Notes: a model not told the origin generated them from the letters alone. A DNA stretch of 63,764 nucleotides, filler included, from Chiloscyllium plagiosum (GCF_004010195.1; 8 parts of 8 records of this genome joined end to end with filler, not necessarily neighbours in it); one strand, 5' to 3'; counted from the whole stretch's first letter, positions 37,519-49,615 are shown. Numbers and translations are program-made.

Positions 37519-39871
37519 ATGTTCAAATAATGATAAATTAGACGTCTTCTCCCAGTTCTCCAAGAATGGTTGGCTCAATTTTCCATCCGTCTGTCAATTT
37601 ACATTCCCTCTTCATTGCCTGTGAATTGATTTTAAATAGAAAAGCATCAGAGTGAGGACATTCAAAATTACGAAGGCAAGTTTTGAAATTGTGATGAAAG
37701 AACCTGATCATTTCTGGGGACATTACGAGGAAAACGTGACCAAGAACACCTATCGTATTGCCATTGAATCACGAATAGTTAAGTAATACACTGGCCTCTA
37801 TAGAAAGAGACAAATAGGAGAGGCAGGAGAAGAATAATCGGGTTATTCCTTTCCGACAATAGCACCGGAATGTTGATAGAATCTCCCAAGCCGTTCACTT
37901 CCATCAATCAGAAGGACCAGGGCAGCAGGTCTCACACATTTCACTTCAACGCGCACACTCTCCTGTCTTGCGTAACATCTAGTACTGGAGATATCGATGA
38001 CCAGTCACATCAACGAGTTCGTTCCAGGACGGAAAGAAGACCTTCGGCCCAGAGTCAATGCATCAGGTTCAGTGGCTCTTCTTCAGAACACCTGCATCGT
38101 CCCTGTGAGACACAACACATTCATAACTCGGGCATGTTTTTCGGGTGCAAAAAAATGCAATGATATTCGTACAAAACTACAGCCTAGTTACAGCAAAGAA
38201 CGGAGGCCTTCGATGACGCCTCAGTCCGCGTTACTCTCCTAGTTTATACTGCCTCACCTCGTTCCTCAACAAAGGTGTTGTTACACGATCTTGACAACAG
38301 GGCAGGAAAATGAAACTGCAGTCTCTTAGCTCTGTCATCACAGCTCTGACAGAGTACAGTTGCCTGACTCAGGGAATACTATCACTTAATTCCAGCTCTT
38401 TTGAAGCAACCTGTCTCTTTGGACTTATATTGGTACAGCCTTTTTCATTCAATCAGGGATCTGTTCTCACTCAGCAACAACTTGATGGCGAGAGCTTTCA
38501 CGTAGCAAAGCGTCTCGGAGTTTCACAGGTATTTCAGGTCATATTTAATCACATGACCGAATGCTTGGCCAAAGCGATCAGTTGTAGTGAGTGTTTTCAA
38601 GGAGGAAAACAAAGTCAAAGGTTTGCAAATATTTGGGGAGAAAATTCTAGGTTTCAGAGTCCAGGCAGCTCAACAGGAGCGTATTCGAAATCGGCAATGA
38701 AGTGTGTTCGGAATCGGTGTTCAATGCACGTGGGCCCACAGCCAGAAATATGCGGATACTGGAGATCGAAACTAATGATATTCAAGTGTTGGAGAGATTC
38801 AGCACATCTGACAGCATTTGTAGAACACGTTTCAAAGGTGAATCTTTGGAATCGGAGCATTAACTATCTCTGTCTCTGTGAATGCTACCAGCGCTGCCGA
38901 CTTCCTGATGCACTTGCTCTTTTTATAAAGGTCTTACAATCTTCTTGTTTATTGACATGTTGTAAAGTGAATGCCAGCTGAATCCACCTGTGCAATGGAT
39001 AGGGATTCACTTTAACAACCTTTTAAAAAGTCTGAATCGCAGTGTTTCACCCAGAAGAGGTTTTAGCAGAGGTTAAAGGGGAAATAAACAAAGTACAGTA
39101 ATAGAACAAAAATAGGAACATTCACAAGAGATCACACATCGTTAGCTATTGGTAAAGTCGTAGATGAAAAACATTCAGAATCCACAACCAACGCTAAACC
39201 CTCGTCCAGAGAGGAAGAGCAATGATACTTCGTCAGACTAATTGTTGGAATGGTCGGATTGTCCCTACAGTAAACTCCATCTGAATCCTCTACTGTATGG
39301 AAGAATGGGCGATAATCTTATTAAAACATGGAAAATCTTTCTCGGGTTAAATTATTACAAGGACTGTTGTAGAAACGGTTTGTTTAAATGTCTGAGAAAG
39401 TTAATTCATCATGTAAGTTCTGTGCATCCACCACAGCATTCTGACTGGATGATATCATTTTTGTCATCCTGACCTCAGTTGCATGACTGAGTGAAGCCAC
39501 GTGCTTTAAGGTTCAGGTTTCCTGATCAGATGTTTGACTCGGGTCCCACAGAGGTGCTCAACATTAAATAATCACCAACACTATTGAATTAACATGAGAT
39601 GGGGGTGAGGCAGGGAGTTAAAGAAATTGATGCTGGGGACAGTGGAGTGGGATCGCTGTTTTTGACTCCTTGCAGCAACATATCCCCACATTCTTTGTTC
39701 AATACATATGACTAAATGAACATGGATCGGGTACCCAGCTCATTACTGCGGGGCCAAGAAGGATTGCACGATGGCTGACAGAAAATGTCCTCATCTTCAA
39801 CCCAAACCCCTCCCTTTGTTCATTGCGCGAGTGTGGGAGGTGGCTACATATCTAGCTCACAGAGCTTGTGA

Positions 39872-39881
39872 AGTGACATAA
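39872..39881 (+). promoter_or_regulatory. CRE-like TCR V-promoter decamer candidate
   Basis: AGTGACATAA about 200 bp upstream of the NAR-TCR leader ATG; one mismatch to AGTGAYRTCA. Confidence 0.35.
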
Positions 39882-40079
39882 AACTGTACGTTCCCTCCTC
39901 AAAACCTACTTATTCAAACAGAGCACGCCCAGAGACCTTGATTCCACGGGGCTCTTTAATCACCTCGTGGACACTGCAAAACAACCCAATTCATCTGAAA
40001 TGCTTCAGTACAGGTCACGAAAGAAAATCCCAGAATAATTTGTCTTCCCATCATCAAACTATCAGCTCCAAACACGGGA

Positions 40080-40125
40080 ATGATGGGCATCCTCCATGGT
40101 TTGATCCTGTATGTTGGTTTACCCT
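40080..40125 (+). CDS. Leader exon of NAR-TCR V (MMGILHGLILYVGLP, phase 1)
   Basis: ATG at 40080, GTGAGT donor at 40126, 150-nt intron to TTTCCAG. Confidence 0.85.
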
Positions 40126-40275
40126 GTGAGTATCGATCACAGAAACAAACATTGCATGAAATTTAAAATACACTGTTGCCGATTTCGTCCACATTACAGG
40201 GATGGGTCTGCAGTTTTCACCGCGTTGTGTCGGTCAGTTGTAATGTCCGCTCATTTCTCTCTGTTTTATTTCCAG

Positions 40276-40562
40276 GTTATTTCAGTCAGTCAGTGACACA
40301 GAGCCCAGTAGCGGTTAATAAGAAGGAGTGTCAGTCTCTCACCATCAACTGTGTTTTTAAAAGTCGTTCTGTTCATCATTTTGAGAGTGGACATTTCTTT
40401 AGACAAACGCGGACAGCAACGGAATGGAAGCGGATCTCCAGTGGTGGGAGATTCGTTATGTTCACAGATAAAGCACAAAATTTATTTTCGTTGGAAATTC
40501 GGGATGTCAGAGTTGAAGACACCGCCACCTATTACTGTAAAGCTCGGTACCGGTACTACACA
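40276..40562 (+). CDS. NAR-TCR V exon (IgNAR-like V domain lacking CDR2)
   Basis: QSVTQSPVAVNKKECQSLTINC..HFFRQ..EWKRISSGGRFV..FSLEIRDVRVEDTATYYCKA. Short VNAR spacing, RISxGGRF and YYCKA motifs, and an extra FR1 Cys (40329-40331). Confidence 0.92.
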
Positions 40563-40600
40563 CACAGTGATGGGCCTCGGCTTCCCGTCGCTCAAAAACT
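40563..40600 (+). promoter_or_regulatory. RSS of NAR-TCR V (22-bp spacer)
   Basis: CACAGTG, 22 nt, TCAAAAACT. Confidence 0.88.
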
Positions 40601-40902
40601 CTCACTGGAGATTGTTACAGAAACAAATTGACAACTGAGCCAATCTGCCCAGAAAATCCCACATTTCTGCCTCTCAGCTGCAAGTCAACCAATTTGCAAT
40701 TAGACTGCATTATTGTTTATAAAAAGTGTGTTTCACTGATAACAAGTGCGCTCTGATGGTGATGTCTTTTTTCAAGGCTTGTGTGGGTGAATCGAAGTTA
40801 GGAATGATTGATCCCAATTAAAGGAGACTGACGTGAGAAGTCAAACAACTGGAATCGGGATTGCAAATCAGCTGTCATGCCCAACTCCCAACAAGCCCTT
40901 GG

Positions 40903-40974
40903 AAGTTTTACACAGACTTATAGCACTGTGTCATTTTGGAGCAAGACACAGTGAAAGGAGCCAGATCACATACC
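40903..40974 (+). other. NAR-TCR D segment (TCATTTTGGAGCAAGA, 40931-40946) with 12/12 RSS
   Basis: AAGTTTTAC-12-CACTGTG, D, CACAGTG-12-TCACATACC; lies between the 22-RSS V and the 23-RSS J, consistent with the 12/23 rule. Confidence 0.85.
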
Positions 40975-41286
40975 TCTTTACAATTAAATTACAAATTCTC
41001 CGTCCCCAATAGTTAATTGTCAGCTTGAAGTTCACTTCGCTGTAATGCAGGTTGATATCTTTTCAATCTGCAGCAAGCACTAATTTCTTTACTCGATTCT
41101 TCTTCGCTGATATGAAGTGAAAATCCACCTCATGTATTCCTGTGCCATTTGAGAGAAGAACAAGAGAAGAACTTGAGTCAAAGGAAACTTGGACACAGAG
41201 GATATGGTCTATTTATCTAAATCTCGTGAATAATTAGTTTGTTCAAGCAGGGTGCTGATGATTTTTGGATGCTTTGAGGTACCATT

Positions 41287-41325
41287 GGTTCTTGTACAGA
41301 GGAGACCGAGAGGAGTATTACTGTG
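41287..41325 (+). promoter_or_regulatory. 23-RSS of NAR-TCR J
   Basis: GGTTCTTGT, 23 nt, TACTGTG. Confidence 0.88.
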
Positions 41326-41375
41326 TTATTATGACCATGTAGATGGATCCGGAACGGCGGTTACTGTCACAGCTG
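41326..41375 (+). CDS. NAR-TCR J segment (YYDHVDGSGTAVTVTA)
   Basis: xGSGT-VTV J motif; phase-1 GTAAGT donor compatible with the acceptor at 43937. Confidence 0.9.
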
Positions 41376-43289
41376 GTAAGTGACTCTGCATTCCATCTTG
41401 CTATTCATTATGTTGCTGAACGATCGATTTATTTTTGTTAGTTTAAATGTAAAGAAAGTAAACAAATATCTCAGGAAAAATATCGCTTCTGCTCCAATGC
41501 CGGAGTTGCGTGTCAGCAGAATATGCGAATCAGGTCTTTGTTTCCTCGGGCGAAAACAACGAATGACACCTGGCCCTGAGTCAGCGGTTTCACTGTACCT
41601 GTGGTATCAATGGCCCAGCGGGTCCACAGAGGGATACCACCAACATGACGAACAGGTGCTTAAATGAAGGAGTACCGACTGTCTGGAATCGATTCTACGA
41701 GTTACCTGCGACTGAGGGAGCTCCGTCTGTTGCTTAGGTCTGTAAGAAAGAACTTTGTACCAGGCAGAGATTCAAGCCCGAATTTCAAAAGTTCAACAGA
41801 AACATTTAACCCACAAGAAAATCAGAAACACTACTCAGCGAACCTCAGATATAAGAGATCTGGCTGTATGTCAAGATGAATTATCCTATTTGAGGAATGG
41901 GTGCCAGGAATGATCGACTTGCTGTTTCTTTTCAATTCCTTTCATATATGCATTCATCTGACCAATCATACATCCATTTTACCAGCCTCCGAATTAAACG
42001 TGAAACTGTAAAGAATTTTGGTTTATTTAATGTAGGTATTTTGAGAAATCGATTTGTTGTAATTGGAACCAGTTCAAACTGAAGAATGCTCATTCGAGAC
42101 AGCAAGTAACAATTCATCGAAAGGAATATTTGACAATTTCTGGGGCATCGATCAAATTACAACTCCTCATCAAGCTGTTGAGTGAGTCATGCAGAGGGAA
42201 GGGCTGGAATGGGTTCTAGCCTGAAATGATAGTTAGACATTTGTTGTCCTTAATTGAGAATGACTCGATTGGTTTTCGAGCAAGTAAAGCTACGCTTCAC
42301 CAAGCATTCGCTTGGGATAGCGTTATTGTCTTCTGTGAAGCTATTCTGAAGCCTAAGCTCCATTACTTATCGTTTGAAAGAAGCAGAAGTGTTCTAATTT
42401 GAGCATATAGAATTTTAAGGGGTAGACATTATATGGAATTTTCTCCAAACAGGAAAGTCTATCCAACGGTCACAATTTGTGATTAAGGGACAGCAATTTG
42501 GACTACGAAGAGAAGAATGTTTTTCAGACAAACAATTGCCTTGAATTAGTGGCATTCTATATCTCAGAAAGTAGTGGAGACCCAAGCGTTAACTGCTATC
42601 GCTGGTTCTGTTTTGCATTAGGAGCAGCGAAGCACGAAGTGACTTCATGAAAATCTTAAATACGATGGCCTCGAAACTGGGATGGATGAGACTGAGGTCA
42701 GAGCAATCGGCCACTAGCAGAACAAATAAAGTAACAAAGGTGAAGAAATGTGCAAAATGTGGAACTTGCCACCAGAGTAGTTGGAGCATATTGTATTGAA
42801 TCATTTATAGAAGGTTTTGAAAATACAGGGAGGAGAATGGAATACACCAACACACTGTGTTAAATGGGAAATATGAATTAGATTTCAGGCAGAAGTGAAC
42901 GTTGGCATAAACGAGCAGCAATAAATCAGTTTGGCTGAATGGTCCTGTCTACAGTTTTACTGCAAAACTGAAAAGATTTCCACTCAGAAAACAATAATTC
43001 AATGAAAGTAATTGCAATTGAGGAAAATCTGAAAGGTAGTTTCCAATGTGTAACAGTAAAACCACCGTAGAGACACTACAGACAGAACCAAACAGACTGC
43101 TGAGAGACGTTTGTGCAGGTTGCCATGATCGCAAGAAAAGAAAAAGGCACAAAGGAAAACCAGAAATCAATTGATACAAAATTGTAATATTTCACGTCAG
43201 CTGTGAATGCTGTGAGAAGAAAGTGACGCGATTGGCGACAAAAGTGGATCAAAAATCGGGTATACTCCCATGAACAGAGGTAACATGCA

Positions 43290-43570
43290 GACAATGATTG
43301 AACTAACCAGTGCTGATCAAATCCGTCGTTTATTTTGGATCAAACAAATTATCAGGTCTCCCAAACCAAAGTTTTCCATTTGCCTGCGTTTGGCCTGTAT
43401 CTATTTAAACATTTCTGCCCATCATATGTTTCCAAACGAGTTTTAAATGATTTCACTATACCTGGCTCGAAGACTTCCTTGGAAATTCATTTCATATACA
43501 CTCCACGCTCTGTCATTTGTGTCCCTTTTAAATCTTTCTCCTTTCACCTTCACCTTATGCCCCCCAGCTT
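43290..43570 (-). mobile_element. Decayed CR1 3' fragment in the NAR-TCR J to supporting-V intron
   Basis: ccatttgcctgcgtttggcc..tatct.tttaaac..ttttaaatg..ccctttaaatctttc matches the other CR1 3' ends. Confidence 0.55.
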
Positions 43571-43937
43571 TCAAGATGACGACAAGATGATCGCTGGAGT
43601 TTGCCTGTAAACAGAATATGTGGATGCTGTCTTCTTCAGAATCCTTTGTAATTTTTCCTACTGCACTCACGTTCTCCATATAGCCCTGCATTATTTTTGC
43701 CTGATTCAGTTGCAATCGATTACCAATTTGAATTTTACTGTTGATTCTGTTTCCAGCAGCCGTTTTTGCAATGTATTGCACATCACAAGAAGAAGAATTG
43801 CCACCTCATCGCCTCATTGGTTTACATTCTGATAAAATATGACATATTCAAATCTAATATCAATAAAATGAACAGAATAACTCCCGTGATTTGCAATTTC
43901 AACGGAGACTCAATATCTGTTGAATGTCATCCCACAG

Positions 43938-44247
43938 GTTTCGGTTCCCTGGTGTCCCGGAGTCCACCACTCCAAACCTCTGCTGCGGGTGACACCGTTA
44001 CATTAAGCTGTGAATACTCAGGGATCTGCCAGTACACAGTTTACTGGTACTGTCAGTCCCCAGGCCAACCTCCGAAATATATGCTTCAAAGACACACCTC
44101 AGGAGAGCAGAATAAAGAAAATGTTGCAGGCGGACGAATTTCTGCTTCTCTTGACGCTGCGGCGAAAATCGGTTGGTTAATGATCTCGCAAACACAACTA
44201 AGTGACTCCGCTGTGTATTACTGTGCACTGAGTCGGCTCTCAGCCCG
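43938..44247 (+). CDS. TRDV: NAR-TCR-supporting TCR-delta V exon (leaderless)
   Basis: CCCACAG acceptor, phase 1; GFGSLVSRSPPLQTSAAGDTVTLSCEYSGICQYTVYWYC..LSDSAVYYCALSRLSA. Non-canonical CDR1 Cys; no convincing leader exon seen; in frame with the NAR J. Confidence 0.92.
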
Positions 44248-44286
44248 CACAGTGATACACATTACGGAGAGACCCGCACAAAAACC
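44248..44286 (+). promoter_or_regulatory. Consensus 23-RSS of the supporting V-delta
   Basis: CACAGTG, 23 nt, ACAAAAACC. Confidence 0.95.
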
Positions 44287-44535
44287 TGAACATGCTAGGA
44301 ATTACAAACAGAGTGCCACAGATCACGGAGACAGATCTAAAATACCTGAATATGGGGTGATTACAGACACAATAATACACAGCACGGAGAAAGATTTCAA
44401 GTAAATGTTACTCAGGGTGGAGTATATTGTTGTTGACACAGTAACACAGAGCACGGAGAAACCCACACAAGAAGCTGAACACGATGGGGTTAGACACCCA
44501 ACATCACAAAGTGCAGGGAGAGCTGCACAAAATCA
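44248..44535 (+). repeat. Tandem array of about five RSS-derived units (about 60 bp period)
   Basis: Heptamer-like starts at 44248, 44309, 44368, 44437 and about 44495; units 1-4 share the spacer core ACGGAGA. Confidence 0.75.
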
Positions 44536-46194
44536 TGTTGGCAGAGGCCTGAGGAGGTGGACTTTGAGCTCGGGTCTTGGATGGGTTTGAGCCGGATTGT
44601 CTTTATCCAGATTCAGCTCGATTGATTAGTATTGATTGCTTGTTAATGCACTGTTTGTAAAGGAAACATCCTGTTGACGGGAAGAATTCTCGCTTTATGT
44701 AAACCAGCGTCTAACATAATGCGTTTCTTCTTTACACACTGTTAATAGAAAATCAATCAGTTAAGGAGATGGCGTATTACATTTTACACAAGAGGTAAAC
44801 AGCATGAGCAAATTCGTCAATAACTCGTGTATGCTAATTGAATTATTATTCGAACAGGAAATGCGTGTTTGACAGATGGGAAACAGCAAAGGTTTGAGGA
44901 CTATTTGGTTTCCAGCTTCATGGGTGGGGATTGGCATGCATACCGAGTAACATTCCTCTGTACTATGTGAGTTCGTGATTTCAGTTTTCAGTTTATAATC
45001 TTTTCTGAAGAAACATAATTCTAAAAATACATTCAGACATCAGTGGCATGTTTCATTTCCAAAAAGCATGTTTCTGAGACATACCAATCTGGCTTCTCTC
45101 AGGAACTGCGCACAGGAACATTTAAACGAAAGTATATACACTTAAATTGAACACCGACTGTCAGAGATCAGTGATTTTGACACAGCAACACTTCAGGTAA
45201 TGTTCTGTTTTTTTTCTCTAGTGTTGATCAAAAGCAGGCTCGATATAATTGATTTCAAATTATTTTGAATTTTCACAGTCAGTTTCTTTTAGTTTCTTCA
45301 ACTACTTTGTTCTGTTTGTGGTTTATGCCATCGTGGGAGATTGTTCCAAAGTCTCTGAGTTGTCGGTTGGTTTCAGTTTGTATAGATTCAGCTGCGGTTT
45401 TACTGTTACTCAGTGGGGAGATTTCTCTTCAGCATATATGACCATCCCAATTCCCTCCAATCAATTGTTCGATTCTTTCCCATCTTGTGGGGGGCCTAGC
45501 TTTCTCTGAACTTTATATTATTAACAACCTGTAGAGCAGGTTCAGGACATTTACCTAATTTGATCCTGCAAATGTATGCCAATCACATGAACCTCCCTCC
45601 ACTTCACACTGAATGATATATTAACAGTTGGAATCATGCAAGTGTCTATTCCTTTCGCCATTCTTTCGCTTCCCTGTCCCATCTACTGCTTGCATGAGTG
45701 TTTGTACTCTATTCTAATATGCCTTTGCATGGATGCATTTGCCTTAATATCTCCATTTGTTGTTCTAGTGAACTTTGTCACGGAGTCACGAATTCAGTTC
45801 ATTTAACCAGGGCATCATTTAAAACATCCCTGTTCAGTCACCTTCTGGTTTCATATTTTCTGGAGAAGAGTGATCCAACTGCACACTTTTCTTCAGCCGC
45901 AAAATATAGATCTATAATGCAGGGAGTGAACTTGTGTGGAGTCAGTGCTCATCAGGTTAATTCCTTTTTACTGGATGGCATCGAATTTCTAGTCGGATGC
46001 TGCCTGAATTGCTGTGCTCTTCCAGCACCACTGATCTAGAATCTGGTTTCCAGCATCTGCAGTCATTGTTTTTACCTCGAATTTCTAGAATCTCACTGAG
46101 GAGATCAGCCACCATCATACCAAATACCACACAAGGCTCGAGGTTAGACTGCCCTTCTAACTTTTACTTTCGTGCACAACTATCGATAACGTAT

Positions 46195-46500
46195 TAGATT
46201 AGACTCCCGACAGTTTTTGAAACAGACCCGAAAGCCCAACAAGTCCACACCGGTCCTTCGAAGACTAACTCACCCAGACCCATTCCCTGACCTTACATTT
46301 ACCCCTGACTAATGCACCTAACACTATGGACAATATAGCACGGCCAATTCACCTGACCTGCACATCTTTGGATTGTGGGAGGAAAGCCACGCAGCCATAA
46401 AGAGAATGTGAAAACTCTACACAGGCAGTCGCCCATGACGTGAATCGAACCCGAGTCCCTGGTGCTTTAAGGCAGCAGTGCTAATCACTGAGCGATCATG
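46195..46500 (-). mobile_element. HE1-like SINE
   Basis: (ATTAG)n tail and reverse-complement SINE core and head. Confidence 0.8.
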
Positions 46501-48399
46501 CCTTTGCAGACATGTCTTAGTAACTATATAATTTATATTGAAAAGTAGGAGGTAGCAATCATTTTCTTTCTGAGCATTTTATCATTATAAATTCAACCAA
46601 TTTTGATTGCAGTTCTGCAATTCTCTGCAGTGCCCTGAATCCTCGGGATTTTGTTTTCACATCTTCTCAAGTCTTTTATTTGGATTTATTGACAAATCGC
46701 TTTCTCCGCTCTCAACATCAGAATATCGCAAAGCATAACGTCACTTTTATTTCTATTTTCAATTAATACGAATATTGAACCTTCTAACTTAGCCTAACTG
46801 GATTTCTCAAACGTTTTTTCTCTGATTTCTGAATTCAAGCTAAAATTTAAAATTTACACTAGATCCACTTTCCCTTGTCAAGAGTTTTTTTAAAACTATC
46901 TCAAATATCTGTGTCATTAAGATTTCCTTGCTATTGAACCTTCTATTTGATTGATCTAAGATACTTGCAGCAAATAATTCAGAAACAGAAAAACTTGATA
47001 ATTTCTTGATGAGCACATGCTCATTATAATTTTTCCAAGGCTAATGTCGAGTCCTCATCAAAATAACCTTTACTGACACCATTTTCCTACACAGATTGCA
47101 ATGACATTTCTTTTGTGGAAAATGCAGAATTAAAATAACTTTAATATTTAACAACTTTTTCAAAATGGGAGAGATAGGACCAGCTGTCCACTACAATTGC
47201 TCTGATTTTAATCATAAATTTATTAATGCAAGCAGAAATTCTTCTGAAAGGAGTGAGATGCATAGCTTTCCTTGCTCCAAGAATACGTGAAGAAAAGCGT
47301 GTTAACTGGCTTGGTTAAACCTGACTGATCTTGCAAGATGGACCATGGTTCTTAATGGAACCAACACCTCCTTACTGAGTTTTATAAGCGCAGTTAGTAA
47401 ATGGTTCTGTTTTATTCTGAAGTTAGTAGCGCGACGTTTGGGGACATGTATAACCTGTCTTAAGTTCTGATAACTTTTTAAACATTTTTTGTTACTTTAT
47501 TAATGAACAGTAACTCTAATTTATGTAGTCTCAAGACCATTATACATCGTTAAGGAGTCAGATTGGAGCAGATCACCATTTCTTTGGCCTGCTGCACATT
47601 GCTTTTAAATTAAATCTCTAATCATTTGACCCACGGTAGCTGTACTGGAAAGCTTTGAAGGAACAGTTTTCAAGTATATCTGGTCGGCATGGACGAGTTG
47701 GCTGGAAGGGTTTGTTTCTGTGCTGTGCGCCTCAATGACTCTATGCTCTGTGGTTATGGCTCCCTTAGTACTACCCCAGTTACAAAATTTTATTTTACGA
47801 GTTCTATCTCTTTAATCATTACATTTTTTTCCCATTGGAGCTAATGTTTATGCCAGTGTTACAACGTCAAAGGACCCCGTGCTCTATCTGACTTAGTTTA
47901 CATCTAAGTACGCTCTGTAACTCTTACAGTTTCACTAGGCCATGATTCTAATGTGTCCAGTCCGTGCCTCCTTGATGACCAGACAGAGCACGCAGNNNNN
48001 NNNNNNNNNNNNNNNNNNNNNNNNNNNNNNNNNNNNNNNTTAATTAATTAANNNNNNNNNNNNNNNNNNNNNNNNNNNNNNNNNNNNNNNNNNNNTGATT
48101 ATATTTCCAGGGCAGATGAAAAGTATACCAAGCGGTTGAGCGAACCAAAGGATGAAACATTTGGGTCGCTGACAATAATTTAGAATTCCTGTCTGGCCAC
48201 AGCAGTTGTGCCAAGTGAGTGTAGATCAGCCAACGTTGCACTGTTATGCAGGACGAAGGAAGGGATAAATAATGAAAACACAGATCTGTCAAGCTAGTCT
48301 CAGTGGTAAGGAAACTATTGAGAAGTGAAATTAGTCTTCATTTGGAAGATAAACCAACAATTTTTAACACGGTTGTATTGAGAGGAAGTCATGTGTAAC

Positions 48400-49530
48400 A
48401 ATCTGATAGTAGTTTTCATAGAGATAACTCGATGTCCAGATGATAGCAATAATCAGAGCCAATGGGATCCGAGTTAATTTGACAGATTGGATCTGGAACA
48501 GGCTGAGTGATGGGAGCAGGGGATAATAGTCATAGGGTGTCTGCATGACTGGAAATCTATGTCTCCTGGTGTTCTGTAGGGATTGGTATTGATTTCCGTG
48601 CTATTTCTCTTACACACCAATGATTGAGACTCAAATTTAGGAGGATTAACCAGTGAATTCACAGATGAAATGACAACTGTCATGTTGGTAAGTCATGAGC
48701 ATAATGGCTTTAGATTGCAGGAGGATATAAAAAGGTTGGTTGCATGTGAAGCGAAAAGTTGCAAATGGAAATTATTCTGAATAAATGTAAGGTGATGTAA
48801 TTCGGCAGAAGAATCTGTGAGGTATGACGTTTTGAATGGTGGAACCCTGGAAAGGCCTGAGGATCTTGGGTGCATGTACCCACCGATCCCCTCTAGTACT
48901 GTGTCGTCTTGATAAAGAAGCTAAGAAAGTGGGAGGATATTTGCTTTTATTAGCCTAGACATTGACAATGAAGAGTGGTGAGATGATACTGGAACTTAAT
49001 AAAACACTGGTTAGGCCATACTGAAGCGTTGTGTGCATGTTATGGAAGGAATGTGATTACACTGAAGGCAGTATTGATGAGATTTGCCAGGATCCTGCCT
49101 GGGTTGGAGGGTTTCAGTTATGAAACTAGTTTAGATGGACAGGGGTTTTCCTTGGAGCAGAGGAGAATTAGGGAGATGATTATCATGATATCTAGAATTA
49201 TTTTAGGCATAGACAGGGTAAACTGGATGAAACCTTTCCCCTTGATGGAAAAATCAATGCCTCAGGGGCACAGGGTGAAGGTAAGCCCAGGAGGTTCCAA
49301 GTGGATCTCAGGGGAAAACAAAATCAAACAGAGGGTGGCGTTAGCCTGGAGCTCAGCACCTATAAGTCATGTAGAGACTGAGCCCCTCATAATAAGTATG
49401 AAGTATTGAGATGCATCCTTGCAAGGGCAAGTCACACAAGGCTGGCACATGAGACTGGAATAGTTAGGTGGCTGTTATTGATAGGCGTGAATTGGGTGGA
49501 TCAAAGGGCCTTTTTCCTGTGCTGTATAAG
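48400..49530 (+). mobile_element. Old decayed CR1 LINE in the IgM CH1-CH2 intron
   Basis: ORF 49029-49409 (RFARILPGLEGFSY..LEQRR) and degenerate RT motifs upstream. Confidence 0.7.
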
Positions 49531-49615
49531 GTGCTTCTATGAAAATGGTTATAAATAATGCCTTATTCATGTTAATCACAGATGATCTGTTTATCTCAGT
49601 TCCCACAACACGTCC

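Noticed and set aside
38310-38981. 223-aa ORF upstream of the NAR-TCR V
   Set aside because: No recognisable domain or splice structure; probably a chance ORF in decayed repeat sequence.
43580-43665. Possible leader exon for the supporting V-delta (ATGATCGCTGGAG.. or ATGTGGATGCTG..)
   Set aside because: Peptides are too short or not hydrophobic and the donor or phase does not fit; consistent with a leaderless supporting V.
44248-44535. CRISPR-like interpretation of the regularly spaced repeats
   Set aside because: Vertebrate locus; units are degenerate RSS copies with related, not unique, spacers.
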